A DNA stretch of 64,000 nucleotides from Planctomycetota bacterium (GTDB lineage Bacteria > Planctomycetota > Phycisphaerae > Phycisphaerales > UBA5793), in contig CAUJHZ010000018.1 of assembly GCA_963205185.1 (NCBI GenBank), positions 123,408 to 187,407 of the forward strand. The letters are read 5' to 3'. This document shows, piece after piece, positions 19,498 through 27,470 of this stretch. Positions within the stretch are counted from its first letter, which is position 1, and each line of letters opens with the position of its first letter. The position numbers were made by a program, and so were the translations under genes. Under the pieces are notes generated by a model. The model had not been told where the DNA came from. It was given only the letters and a program-made list of their open reading frames with translations, and made no database searches.

Positions 19498-19706
19498 GGT
19501 CCAATTGTACGGTGAGCCGGTCGAGGCTACCATCTCTTTCCGGTGTGGCGCTTCGGGTCATCCCTTGATCCGTCGGCCGGGCCCGGTGCACGGGTGGCCC
19601 ACGAACCTGGTCAGAGCCTGACCGCAGCAGCCATAAGTGGTGTTCACTCGGGGTATCGGCAACCTGGCCGGCGGATCATCGGATGATCCGGGCGGCGTGC
19701 CATCCC

Positions 19707-20753
19707 TCACCGCTTGTCGCCCGGAGCCGGCTTCTCGAACTCTTCAGGCATCCCGCGCACGCGGGTGAAAGGCAACTCAATCAATTGGCGGTATGAGCCG
19801 TTTTCTTCGAGATGCTCGAGCCGGAAGGTGTAGGCGTCGGGACCCGTGAAGTGCATGGTAACGCGGTAGCGCTGGCCGGGGCCGGCATCGGAGCGGGCAT
19901 GCCAATCCCACTCCAGCGTGTCGGCCGTAGGGCTTGTGATGGCGCCGCGCGCCACGTGGCCCTGTTCGTTGATGTTCTGGAAGCGCACCTCGTCGCGGCC
20001 GGGCTCGATCCAGATCTGCCCCTGGCCGTGCTCGAACGTGCCCTCATCGCCGCCGAGCCAGCCGCGCACCATGAAACTCCTGCCGTCCGGTCCGTCGATG
20101 AACACGTTTCGCACGCGGAAGGTTCCACCATCTTCTTCCTCTCGCTCGGCGATCCACTCTCCGCCCAGCAGACGCCGCGCAATTGCCAGCGTCGCATCCG
20201 CACTGGCGGCGTCGCCTGCGGTGCTGGCGAACTTCTCTTTGAGTTTGTTCAGCGTCCACTCGTTGCCGGCCTGGAAGAAGGTCTCGGCGGCGTCCCAGTC
20301 TGGCCCGCTGCCCCAGCCCGCGCTGACGAGGCGAATGTGCGTGCGATTCACACCGAGCGGCTCAAAGTACCACACGCCCCACGCCTGTTCGACGACCTTC
20401 GCATGCGGGAATCCGGCAGGGGCCTTCTCCACGCGCGAGGAGAGCATGCGCTGCGGCTCGAGACTGAGAATCCGATGCACGATGGTCGTCTCATCTCCGA
20501 TCGTGCCTTGCGGGTTGTAGTTGGTCTGGATCGAGCCGCCGACGCGCAGGTCAACCTCGGCCAGCGGCGTCATCCAGGATTCGATCCCTTCCTCCGTCGT
20601 GAAGGCGTCCCAGACCTGCGCCAATGGCGCATCGATTTGGGCGTTCCACTCGAGTGTGCGGCCGACGGGTGCGTCGTCCGGCGGCGCAGAGGCGGCACAG
20701 CAAAGACAAAGAGCGACGGCGAGCGAGACGGAACCGGGCAGGCGGGCGGGCAT
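19707..20753 (-). CDS. Exported SRPBCC (AHSA1-like) domain protein with second uncharacterised beta-rich domain
   Basis: ATG 20753 after GGAGA. Signal-like N-terminus. AHSA1-type block IDAPLAQVWDAFTTEEGIESWM...VDLRVGGS. Confidence 0.75.
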   Translation of the reverse strand: MPARLPGSVSLAVALCLCCAASAPPDDAPVGRTLEWNAQIDAPLAQVWDAFTTEEGIESWMTPLAEVDLRVGGSIQTNYNPQGTIGDETTIVHRILSLEPQRMLSSRVEKAPAGFPHAKVVEQAWGVWYFEPLGVNRTHIRLVSAGWGSGPDWDAAETFFQAGNEWTLNKLKEKFASTAGDAASADATLAIARRLLGGEWIAEREEEDGGTFRVRNVFIDGPDGRSFMVRGWLGGDEGTFEHGQGQIWIEPGRDEVRFQNINEQGHVARGAITSPTADTLEWDWHARSDAGPGQRYRVTMHFTGPDAYTFRLEHLEENGSYRQLIELPFTRVRGMPEEFEKPAPGDKR

Positions 20754-20803
20754 CACATGATCTCCGGAAACTTGAAAACAGCGGTGGTTCGGGCGGATTA
20801 ACC

Positions 20804-21229
20804 TCACTGCCAGGCGCCGATGATCGCGCCCATGAGCAGAAGGAAGACGAGTTGAAACAGAGCATCGATGCCGAAGATGCCGTGGCGATGATCGAATGAG
20901 ATGTGCCCGGTGGCGCCGATGGCCAGCGCAAAGCCCGCCCAAATGAGCAGCCCGAGCAGCAGGCCCTCTTCAAGCGTGTCCACGCCTGCGGCGCCGGCGA
21001 TGACGGCAAAGATCAGAGCCGTAAGCAGGTATGCCACGATCATGATCGAGAAGAAGATCGGCGGCGGCATGCGCTTCTGGACCTCGGCGAGTTTCTGCTC
21101 GTTCCAGCCGAGCAGCGCGATGCGCTGGCGGCCGAAGAGCGCGGTGTACCAGAGTCCGCCGAGCAGAAACGTTCCCAGCGCCGCCACGAGCACGGCCCAG
21201 TAGTTGATGCCCGCAAGATCGATTGCCAT
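20804..21229 (-). CDS. DUF1761 family membrane protein
   Basis: 141 aa with four hydrophobic segments. N-terminal INYWAVLVAALGTFLLGGLWYTALFG matches the DUF1761 pattern as I remember it. Confidence 0.72.
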   Translation of the reverse strand: MAIDLAGINYWAVLVAALGTFLLGGLWYTALFGRQRIALLGWNEQKLAEVQKRMPPPIFFSIMIVAYLLTALIFAVIAGAAGVDTLEEGLLLGLLIWAGFALAIGATGHISFDHRHGIFGIDALFQLVFLLLMGAIIGAWQ

Positions 21230-21256
21230 GTGAGTCCCTCGGTCCTTGAGCAGTAA

Positions 21257-21958
21257 TCAGACGGCCCGGCTGCGACCGTCGCGGCTGGGTTGAGTGTGAT
21301 CCGAAGACGGCGCGGGCGCATCGGTGCGCGGGGCGTTGGAGGTGCGGCGCGGCGCGGTCCAGTTCGTTCCATCAGAGAGCAGCCGATCGAAATAGTCGCG
21401 CAATTGGGCGACGGCGGTTTCAAACGGCTCAAGGCTCTTGTACGCCTTGGCCTGCATCATGCCGCCTTCCATCACCGTGAGGATGAACGACGCGAGCGCT
21501 TCGGGGTCGGCGCCCTCGGGCAAGCGATCGAGCGCCGCCTCGACCGAAAGGCGAATCGCGTCGCGCCACCCGGTGAAGTTGTCGGCGATCATCTGCCGGG
21601 CCGCGGGGTGAGTGTCGGCGAGTTCGAGCGCCAGATTGCCGATGGGGCAGCCGAGCCGGCATTCGGTGAAGATGAGCATCTGCCGGTAGCCGTGCAGCAC
21701 GCCGAAGATGCGCTCGATCGGATCGGTGACGCGGTTGTAGACGGGATCGATGACTTCCGGCCAGAGGTTCTGTTTGTACCACTCGAGGACGGCCAGCAGC
21801 AGGTCTTCCTTGGTGGGGAAGAAGTAGTAGAGGCTGCCACTGTTGGCCTCCGCCGCCTTGAGGATCTGGGCCACACCCGTCGCGGCGTACCCCTGGGACA
21901 GGAACAGTTGCCTTGCGGCTTCGAGGATCCGTTCTCGGGTGTCTGACTTGGGAGTCAT
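21257..21958 (-). CDS. TetR/AcrR family transcriptional regulator
   Basis: HTH block RERILEAARQLFLSQGYAATGVAQILKAAEANSGSLYYFFPTKEDLL. ATG at 21958; the ORF-track start at 22198 is an extension. Confidence 0.9.
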   Translation of the reverse strand: MTPKSDTRERILEAARQLFLSQGYAATGVAQILKAAEANSGSLYYFFPTKEDLLLAVLEWYKQNLWPEVIDPVYNRVTDPIERIFGVLHGYRQMLIFTECRLGCPIGNLALELADTHPAARQMIADNFTGWRDAIRLSVEAALDRLPEGADPEALASFILTVMEGGMMQAKAYKSLEPFETAVAQLRDYFDRLLSDGTNWTAPRRTSNAPRTDAPAPSSDHTQPSRDGRSRAV

Positions 21959-21978
21959 GGCGATCGCTTGTGCCTTAG

Positions 21979-21990
21979 TTGAACGATCAA
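21979..21990. promoter_or_regulatory. Candidate TetR operator half-site palindrome
   Basis: TTGA-ACGA-TCAA (perfect 4-bp arms with a 4-bp spacer), 21 bp upstream of the TetR start codon in an AT-rich patch. Confidence 0.3.
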
Positions 21991-22070
21991 TCAATACAGC
22001 GTAGCGGCAGGGAGGATGCGATGTCAACGCCATCGAGGGGAGATTTTTGCAAAAAACTCGACATTTGTGC

Positions 22071-22098
22071 TTGCCGATATATCTGGGTGTGATATATT
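22071..22098 (+). promoter_or_regulatory. Candidate promoter of the PadR operon
   Basis: TTGCCG (22071-22076), 16-nt spacer, TATATT (22093-22098), within an AT-rich patch. Flanked by the 12-bp palindrome TTTTTGCAAAAA (22044-22055) and a GATATAT direct repeat. Confidence 0.3.
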
Positions 22099-22181
22099 TG
22101 TCGTGGAAGGCGATTCGCTCGACCTGCGTTCGGGCGGCGTGCAGCGCTTCCTGGGCTGAGCCGCCCTCAAGGAACTGGCCT

Positions 22182-22559
22182 GTGTCCTCCAAAGTCAAGC
22201 CGCAACGCGAGTCGCTGGAGATCGTCGTGCTGAGCGTGCTCAGCGAAGAGCCGTTGTACGGCTACGCGATCATCAAGCGCGTCGCGAGCCGCAGCGGCGA
22301 TGCAATTCGCCTCACGGCGGGCGTGCTCTATCCGCTGCTGCACGAACTCGAAGCTGCGCGCCTGATTGAATCGAGCTGGGAGACGGTTCGCAGCGATCGC
22401 GCGGGCGAGAGCAGCGCTGGCCGTAAGCGCAAGTGGTACCAGATCACCGCCCGTGGTCGTCGCCGGCTCAGTCAGCGCGCCAGCGCGCTTCGCGCGTTCC
22501 AGGCGATGATCGAGGCGTTCCTGCCGCCGCACGGCGCCGACGAGGAGGCCGTAACGTGA
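22182..22559 (+). CDS. PadR family transcriptional regulator
   Basis: GTG 22182 lies 9 nt after AAGGA. PadR winged-helix blocks LSVLSEEPLYGYAIIKRV, GVLYPLLHELEAARLIES, KWYQITARGRR. Confidence 0.85.
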   Translation: MSSKVKPQRESLEIVVLSVLSEEPLYGYAIIKRVASRSGDAIRLTAGVLYPLLHELEAARLIESSWETVRSDRAGESSAGRKRKWYQITARGRRRLSQRASALRAFQAMIEAFLPPHGADEEAVT

Positions 22560-23878
22560 GCGCTCTTGACACGCAAACACCTCCCGCCGAATTGAACGAG
22601 CCGCCAAGCGATGCAATCGACTCGTGGCTCGCCGTGCTCGTGCGCCTGCTCGACGTGTCGGGCCGGCAGCGCGACGCGATTCGCGATGAAATCGAAGCCC
22701 ACCTGCGCGAGCGCGTGCGCGATCTGATGATCGCCGGTCGCGGCGAGGCAGACGCCATCCGCATCGCCATCAGCGAACTGGGTGAAGTGGCCGACCTGGC
22801 CCGACGATTCAGCCATGCTTCCAGATCACGAACCAGGAGAATCATCATGAATGCAGCAGTGCTCGGCTTTGGCGCCATCGGCGTCGCAACCGCGACGGTT
22901 TTCATTGGCGGGCCGCAGCCCGGTCCTTCGCGCCTGTCCGTCTTCGAGTCCGCCGCGCCGCCTGATGCCACAGCCATACTCGACGACAAGACCGCCAAGG
23001 TGGATTTCGAGAGTCAGACGCTCGTGGATGTGCTGGGCTATCTGAGCGCCAGCGCCGGACTCGATCTCGTGCTCGATCGGCACGCGCTCGAAGATCACGG
23101 CGTGGACCTGCAGGAGGAAATCACCCTTACGCTGAGCAAGTCCCAGCCTGTGTCAAGTATCCTCAAGATCGTCTCCGAACACGCCCGCGAGCCGTTTGCC
23201 TGGCGCGTTTCGGGTCCGATGCTCGAGGTTTCGACAGAGGATGAATTTGATCGCAGAGAAATCGTGCTCGCATCGTTCGACGTGCAGGCGATTCTCGATC
23301 TCATCTGGCAGACCACGGAAGACATGGACGAGGCGGCGGCGCGGCTCGAGTCGCTCGTCATCGAATACGTTCAGCCCGATTCCTGGTACACCAACGGCGG
23401 CGATCTGGCCAACCTGCAGATCGTCGGCGGAAAGATGTTCGTCAAAGCGCCATCGCGCTTCCACCGGCCGATCGAGTGGATTCTCGGGCAACTCGAAGAG
23501 AACGCAACCGAGCAGGCGGCGATGCCCACCGGCGCCGGGCTCATCTACTCCGACGCTCCGAGCCGGTACTACCGCCTGGGCCAACCCTCGGGCGGTGGAG
23601 GCGGAGCGGCGCCTTCAACGTGGTCGCCGCTCGCGCCCGGCGCCGCCCAGACACCCTCAGCGCCGGGCGGCGGCGCAGGCGCCAGCGGTTTTTCAGGCGG
23701 GAGCGGAGTCTCTGCCGGCTCGCCGCCCAGCGCGGCCGGACAACCCGTGTCGCCCTCGCCTGGAATGGGCAGCGGCCCTCAGAGCGCGCCCGCAATGCCG
23801 CCAGGCCAGCCGGGATCTACTCCGGCCCCGGTCGCTGAGCCTGAGCAGCCGCAGCCGCAAACCGGCGGCGGCGGCTGA
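22556..23878 (+). CDS. Membrane-anchored signalling-type protein: N-terminal helical domain, one TM, periplasmic STN-like domain, Pro/Gly/Ser-rich tail
   Basis: GTG 22556 overlaps the PadR stop (GTGA) and has GAGGAGG 8 nt upstream. N-terminal helical block DSWLAVLVRLL...RDEIEAHLRERVRDLM.AG. TM segment AAVLGFGAIGVATATVFIGG. The last ~100 aa are low complexity (P/G/S/A). Confidence 0.75.
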   Translation: MSALDTQTPPAELNEPPSDAIDSWLAVLVRLLDVSGRQRDAIRDEIEAHLRERVRDLMIAGRGEADAIRIAISELGEVADLARRFSHASRSRTRRIIMNAAVLGFGAIGVATATVFIGGPQPGPSRLSVFESAAPPDATAILDDKTAKVDFESQTLVDVLGYLSASAGLDLVLDRHALEDHGVDLQEEITLTLSKSQPVSSILKIVSEHAREPFAWRVSGPMLEVSTEDEFDRREIVLASFDVQAILDLIWQTTEDMDEAAARLESLVIEYVQPDSWYTNGGDLANLQIVGGKMFVKAPSRFHRPIEWILGQLEENATEQAAMPTGAGLIYSDAPSRYYRLGQPSGGGGGAAPSTWSPLAPGAAQTPSAPGGGAGASGFSGGSGVSAGSPPSAAGQPVSPSPGMGSGPQSAPAMPPGQPGSTPAPVAEPEQPQPQTGGGG

Positions 23879-23934
23879 GCATTGCCTGCGGGGTGCAACT
23901 CCCTGATTTGCCAAAACCTCTTTACCTTTGCGGT

Positions 23935-23972
23935 GCAGCGGGTACGCTCGAAAGAGAACCCGCTGCGCTTTT
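23935..23972 (+). terminator. Rho-independent terminator after the PadR operon
   Basis: Perfect 9-bp stem GCAGCGGGT (23935-23943) / ACCCGCTGC (23958-23966), 14-nt loop, then GCTTTTC. Confidence 0.65.
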
Positions 23973-23992
23973 CAGTGGAGAGAGGATCTGCC

Positions 23993-24622
23993 ATGAAGAT
24001 CACCAGTGAATCGTTTACCCACATGCACGCGATCCCGGATGAGTTCGCGTTCTGCGTCCCTGACAGCAAGAGCCACGTCGCGCTGGGGCGCAATCGCAAC
24101 CCGCAACTTTCGTGGAGCGAGGTCCCGAGCCAGGCGAAGTCGCTGGTTCTCATCTGCGTCGACCCCGACGTGCCCAGCGTCGGCACGGATGTGAACAAAG
24201 AAGGGCGAAGTGTTCCGGCAACGCTTCCGCGCACCGACTTCTACCACTGGGTTGTCATCGACATTCCGACCAGTTGCCGAGGGATCGCAGCCGGCGCCAG
24301 CAGCGACGGCGTCACCGCGGGCGGCAAGAAGAGCCCGCGCGGCCCCTCGGGCTCGCGGCAGGGGGTGACGAACTACACGGACTGGTTCGCCGGCGATGAG
24401 CAGATGGGCGGAACCTATCACGGCTACGACGGCCCCGCGCCGCCGTGGAACGACGAGCGGATGCACCACTATCACTTCAAACTCTTCGCGCTGGACGTCG
24501 AGCGGCTCGATGTGAAAGAAGGCTTCGGCGGGCCCGAAGTACTCAAGGCGATGCAGGGTCACATCCTCGCCGAGGCCGAAATCGTCGGCAAATACACGCT
24601 GAATCCGAAGTTGCGAAAATGA
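23993..24622 (+). CDS. YbhB/YbcL family (PEBP / Raf kinase inhibitor-like) protein
   Basis: Blocks LICVDPDVPS, FYHWVVIDIP, GYDGPAPPWNDERMHHYHFKLFALD. ATG 23993 after GGAGAGAGG. Confidence 0.85.
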   Translation: MKITSESFTHMHAIPDEFAFCVPDSKSHVALGRNRNPQLSWSEVPSQAKSLVLICVDPDVPSVGTDVNKEGRSVPATLPRTDFYHWVVIDIPTSCRGIAAGASSDGVTAGGKKSPRGPSGSRQGVTNYTDWFAGDEQMGGTYHGYDGPAPPWNDERMHHYHFKLFALDVERLDVKEGFGGPEVLKAMQGHILAEAEIVGKYTLNPKLRK

Positions 24623-24679
24623 GGCGGCGGTGAGTGTGCTCGCCATGCGGCGAAGACCATCACCCGCTTTTTCGACGAT

Positions 24680-25504
24680 TCAACGGATTCCGTGAGTGAC
24701 GAGATAGTCCTTGGTCCGGGCCAGCGGCGCCCAGAGGCGCATGTCATCGAGACTCTCGAGCGAGCGCGACTCGCTGTGGTTGTCCATGAAAGTCACGCTG
24801 ACTTTACCGGCCCATCGCGCCGCGACGTAACCGACGTCGGCAGCCGAAACGGGGTCATCCAGATCCCACTCGCGCTCGGTGTAGAACGGCGAGTGAATTT
24901 CGAAGAAGCCGTCGCCGTTCACCGGGTCGAAGCGCTGGCCCTGCGCGCTGTACACCGAGTCGGTGAAGACGATCAGCCGATCGGGCGTGCGGCAGTCTTC
25001 GATGCGGCGGGCGTAGAACGGTCCCCAGCGGTGCGTCGCATTGGGATCGAACCCGTAATAGCGCGTGTCGCCGCCGAGGAATCGGCTGTTGAGCCCGAAG
25101 CGCGGAAAGACGCTGCGCTCGTAGGTGTCGGTGGCCGGCTCGCGGTCGTAGTAGAGACTCTTCCAGTTCCAGTCGAGGTACTTGATCAGCCGCCAGGGAT
25201 AGCGGTTCGAGACCGGCGGCGTGAGGCGGTGATGCTCGCGGTCGTAGGCCACGAACGAGTCGCCGTAACCCGGCAGGAGACTGCCCTTGAAGTCGTCGGC
25301 GTAGACGTAGTACGCCATCTGCAACTGCCGGATCGCGGCAATGCCATTGAGCGAGCGCGCCGCGGTGCGCGCGCGAGACAGGGCCGGCAGCAGCAGCCCG
25401 ATGAGCAGGGCGATGATGCTGATGACCACGAGCAGTTCGATGAGCGTGAAGCCGGAGGATCGGACGGCAGCGCGGGTGGGGGTGGACGGGTCGTGAGCAG
25501 CCAT
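24680..25504 (-). CDS. Prepilin-type N-terminal cleavage/methylation domain protein (planctomycete DUF1559-like)
   Basis: AAAGGAG lies 6 nt upstream of ATG 25504. Class III signal GFTLIELLVVISIIALLIGLLLPAL. Confidence 0.8.
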   Translation of the reverse strand: MAAHDPSTPTRAAVRSSGFTLIELLVVISIIALLIGLLLPALSRARTAARSLNGIAAIRQLQMAYYVYADDFKGSLLPGYGDSFVAYDREHHRLTPPVSNRYPWRLIKYLDWNWKSLYYDREPATDTYERSVFPRFGLNSRFLGGDTRYYGFDPNATHRWGPFYARRIEDCRTPDRLIVFTDSVYSAQGQRFDPVNGDGFFEIHSPFYTEREWDLDDPVSAADVGYVAARWAGKVSVTFMDNHSESRSLESLDDMRLWAPLARTKDYLVTHGIR

Positions 25505-25685
25505 GACGAACTCCTTTCGAGATCGCGGCTCCAATTGAGACCACATCGTACTCATCGGCAGGTCACGGGCAACGGGGTCAATTCCCTGATACGCCGATCC
25601 ACTTCTGTCTGATTCCATAACTATATGTGGGTAAAGCTGTTGCGCCGCTTTATCGGGGTGATTTCCCTGATCGGCGAGGACTCCA

Positions 25686-25713
25686 TTGACTATTGAGATT
25701 GAGTCTCAACAAT
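25686..25713 (+). promoter_or_regulatory. Candidate promoter with embedded inverted repeat
   Basis: TTGACT (25686-25691), 16-nt spacer, AACAAT (25708-25713). The inverted repeat TTGAGA (25693-25698) / TCTCAA (25704-25709) sits in the spacer. Confidence 0.33.
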
Positions 25714-25858
25714 GCTTGCGCTCGTTGCAACACGGCGGCAGACCTGATGTCTTGCCGTCCGCCGAACCGCGCAGGCCGCGCCTTCACGAGCCCCGACGCG
25801 ACGAGCCGGGGGCTGTGACCGGCCCGCCGCAGAGCGGCGCCAAATTGGGAGACCCGTT

Positions 25859-26509
25859 ATGAATCGTTCACTCGCACTCTACTCGGCCGCTCTCACGGTC
25901 GCTATGGCGTCGTCCGCCGCCCTGGCGCAGTTCAATGTCGGCATCGCCACCGATGATGTCTGGGTCTACCGGCACTCGGCCAACCCCGGTGGCGATCCTG
26001 TCATTCGCATCTGGGGCGACGGCACCCACGAACTCAATCCGACGGGCTATCCGGGCACGGTCTTCTCGCAAGACTATTTCTCATACGGATTCGCATCATG
26101 GGATCTGAGCGATGTGCCCGGCAACTACCGCTGGAACGGCGCCACGGTGACCATCACCGTCGCACCCGACACGAACTACGACCCGACGACCAACGACGTC
26201 TATCTGCGCCTGCTCTCCGATTCGTTCGACGAGAGCACCTTCGTGTTCGGCGTGGGGCCGCACCCGGTCGCGGGCGAGAACAATCGGATCGTGGGCGATG
26301 ACAGCCAGGCAGCCAACGGACCCGGCTCGACGATCACGTTCCGGATTCCCCGCAACATTCCGCAAAACATCCTTCAGTCGTGGGCTCGGACGCGGCGGAT
26401 CAACTTCGTAATCACCTCCGATTGCGATTTCGCTAATGAGCGGCAGATTCTTCGAATCGGATCGTCGGAGAACGCGCTCTACGACGGACCACAACTCGTG
26501 CTCGACTGA
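25859..26509 (+). CDS. Hypothetical secreted protein
   Basis: 216-aa ORF with signal peptide ...ASSAALAQ and high third-position GC. I recognise no family. Confidence 0.65.
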   Translation: MNRSLALYSAALTVAMASSAALAQFNVGIATDDVWVYRHSANPGGDPVIRIWGDGTHELNPTGYPGTVFSQDYFSYGFASWDLSDVPGNYRWNGATVTITVAPDTNYDPTTNDVYLRLLSDSFDESTFVFGVGPHPVAGENNRIVGDDSQAANGPGSTITFRIPRNIPQNILQSWARTRRINFVITSDCDFANERQILRIGSSENALYDGPQLVLD

Positions 26510-26531
26510 TCGGACTCAACTCCAATTCGGC

Positions 26532-26588
26532 GGCTTCACCTGTGGATCGGCCCGGCATGGTCCTACCATCCGCAGGTGAAGCCGTTTC
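26532..26588 (+). terminator. Long hairpin / candidate terminator after 25859-26509
   Basis: Perfect 11-bp outer stem GGCTTCACCTG (26532-26542) / CAGGTGAAGCC (26573-26583), extended by GGAT/ATCC, followed by GTTTC. Confidence 0.5.
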
Positions 26589-26617
26589 AGCCGACGGAAT
26601 GCGTCGAAAGGCCGCTG

Positions 26618-26743
26618 ATGAGTTCTTCCAAGTGGATCGGCCGTCTGGCCACGGTGGGTTTCCTGTTCTTCTTCATCAAGGGGCTGGTCTGGCTGGCGCT
26701 GGCAGGGGCCGTGGTGCTCGGGCTGGCTGAGGCATCGGGCTGA
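26618..26743 (+). CDS. Possible 41-aa small membrane protein (not in ORF track)
   Basis: ATG 26618 after GAAAGG. Translation MSSSKWIGRLATVGFLFFFIKGLVWLALAGAVVLGLAEASG is a single hydrophobic helix pair with GC-rich third positions. No homology evidence available. Confidence 0.3.
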   Translation: MSSSKWIGRLATVGFLFFFIKGLVWLALAGAVVLGLAEASG

Positions 26744-26796
26744 TCCCGTCGGCGCCGCCGAGCCTCGCCGCGTGATTCGAGTGAAAGGGAGTATTG

Positions 26797-27447
26797 ATGA
26801 ACGCACAAACGGGCATCATGGATCGGCTGCGCAGCGGCACCTCCGAACTGCACCGGCAGGCCGAGTCGCGGCCGCTGCAGAAGCAGCTCGGCGCGGGCAC
26901 CCTGCCGCGCGCTGCGCTGGCCGCTTACATGGGCCAGTTGCTGCTGGTCCATGACTGTCTCGAATCCTGCCTCGATGCGCAACTCCACCGCGACGGCCAC
27001 GAGGCGTTCGCCGTCGCCTGGCAGTCACTGGCCCGGCATTCGGAGAACCTTCGGGAAGACCTCGTTGCGCACGGGCTCGAGCCGCACGCCGTGGCCCCGC
27101 TGCCGGCCACCTCGGCGGTGCTCGATCAACTCGGACGGTGGAGCGACGCCGGCGACCTGGCGCTCATCGGCGCGTTGTACGTCCTCGAAGGCAGCATGAA
27201 CGGCAATCGCTTCATCGCCAAGGCGCTCCAGCGCGCGTGGGGCGTGGACACAGCGGCTGGTTTGTCGTATCTCGATCCCTACGGCGAAGAGCAGCGGCCG
27301 ACCTGGGCCGCGTTTCGCAGCCGCGTCAACGCCGTTTCGTTTACCGAGGACGAAGCGTCGGCGATTCTCGCGGGAGCCGATCGGATGTTCCAGGCCATCG
27401 GCGAGATCAGCGACGAGCAGAATGAACTGCTGCGCGATGGCGAGTGA
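26797..27447 (+). CDS. Heme oxygenase-like (biliverdin-producing family) protein
   Basis: AAAGGGA lies 6 nt upstream of ATG 26797 (TTG 26794 in the ORF track). N-terminal LRSGTSELHRQAE with the proximal-His context, and LYVLEGSMNG block typical of the family. Confidence 0.72.
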   Translation: MNAQTGIMDRLRSGTSELHRQAESRPLQKQLGAGTLPRAALAAYMGQLLLVHDCLESCLDAQLHRDGHEAFAVAWQSLARHSENLREDLVAHGLEPHAVAPLPATSAVLDQLGRWSDAGDLALIGALYVLEGSMNGNRFIAKALQRAWGVDTAAGLSYLDPYGEEQRPTWAAFRSRVNAVSFTEDEASAILAGADRMFQAIGEISDEQNELLRDGE

Positions 27448-27470
27448 TCGCACGGTGTTTTGATCCGCAG

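Noticed and set aside
19672-19690. Hairpin CGGATCATC-G-GATGATCCG, 17 nt after the SRPBCC gene stop
   Set aside because: Perfect 9-bp arms but effectively no loop and no following U tract on the minus strand. Possibly a protein-binding palindrome; unsupported as a terminator.
21980-21987. The 8-mer TGAACGAT occurs in both the TetR operator candidate and the first unit of the 28600-28635 array
   Set aside because: A single shared 8-mer between two AT-rich patches is within chance expectation. The surrounding symmetry differs: a palindrome in one case, tandem direct repeats in the other.
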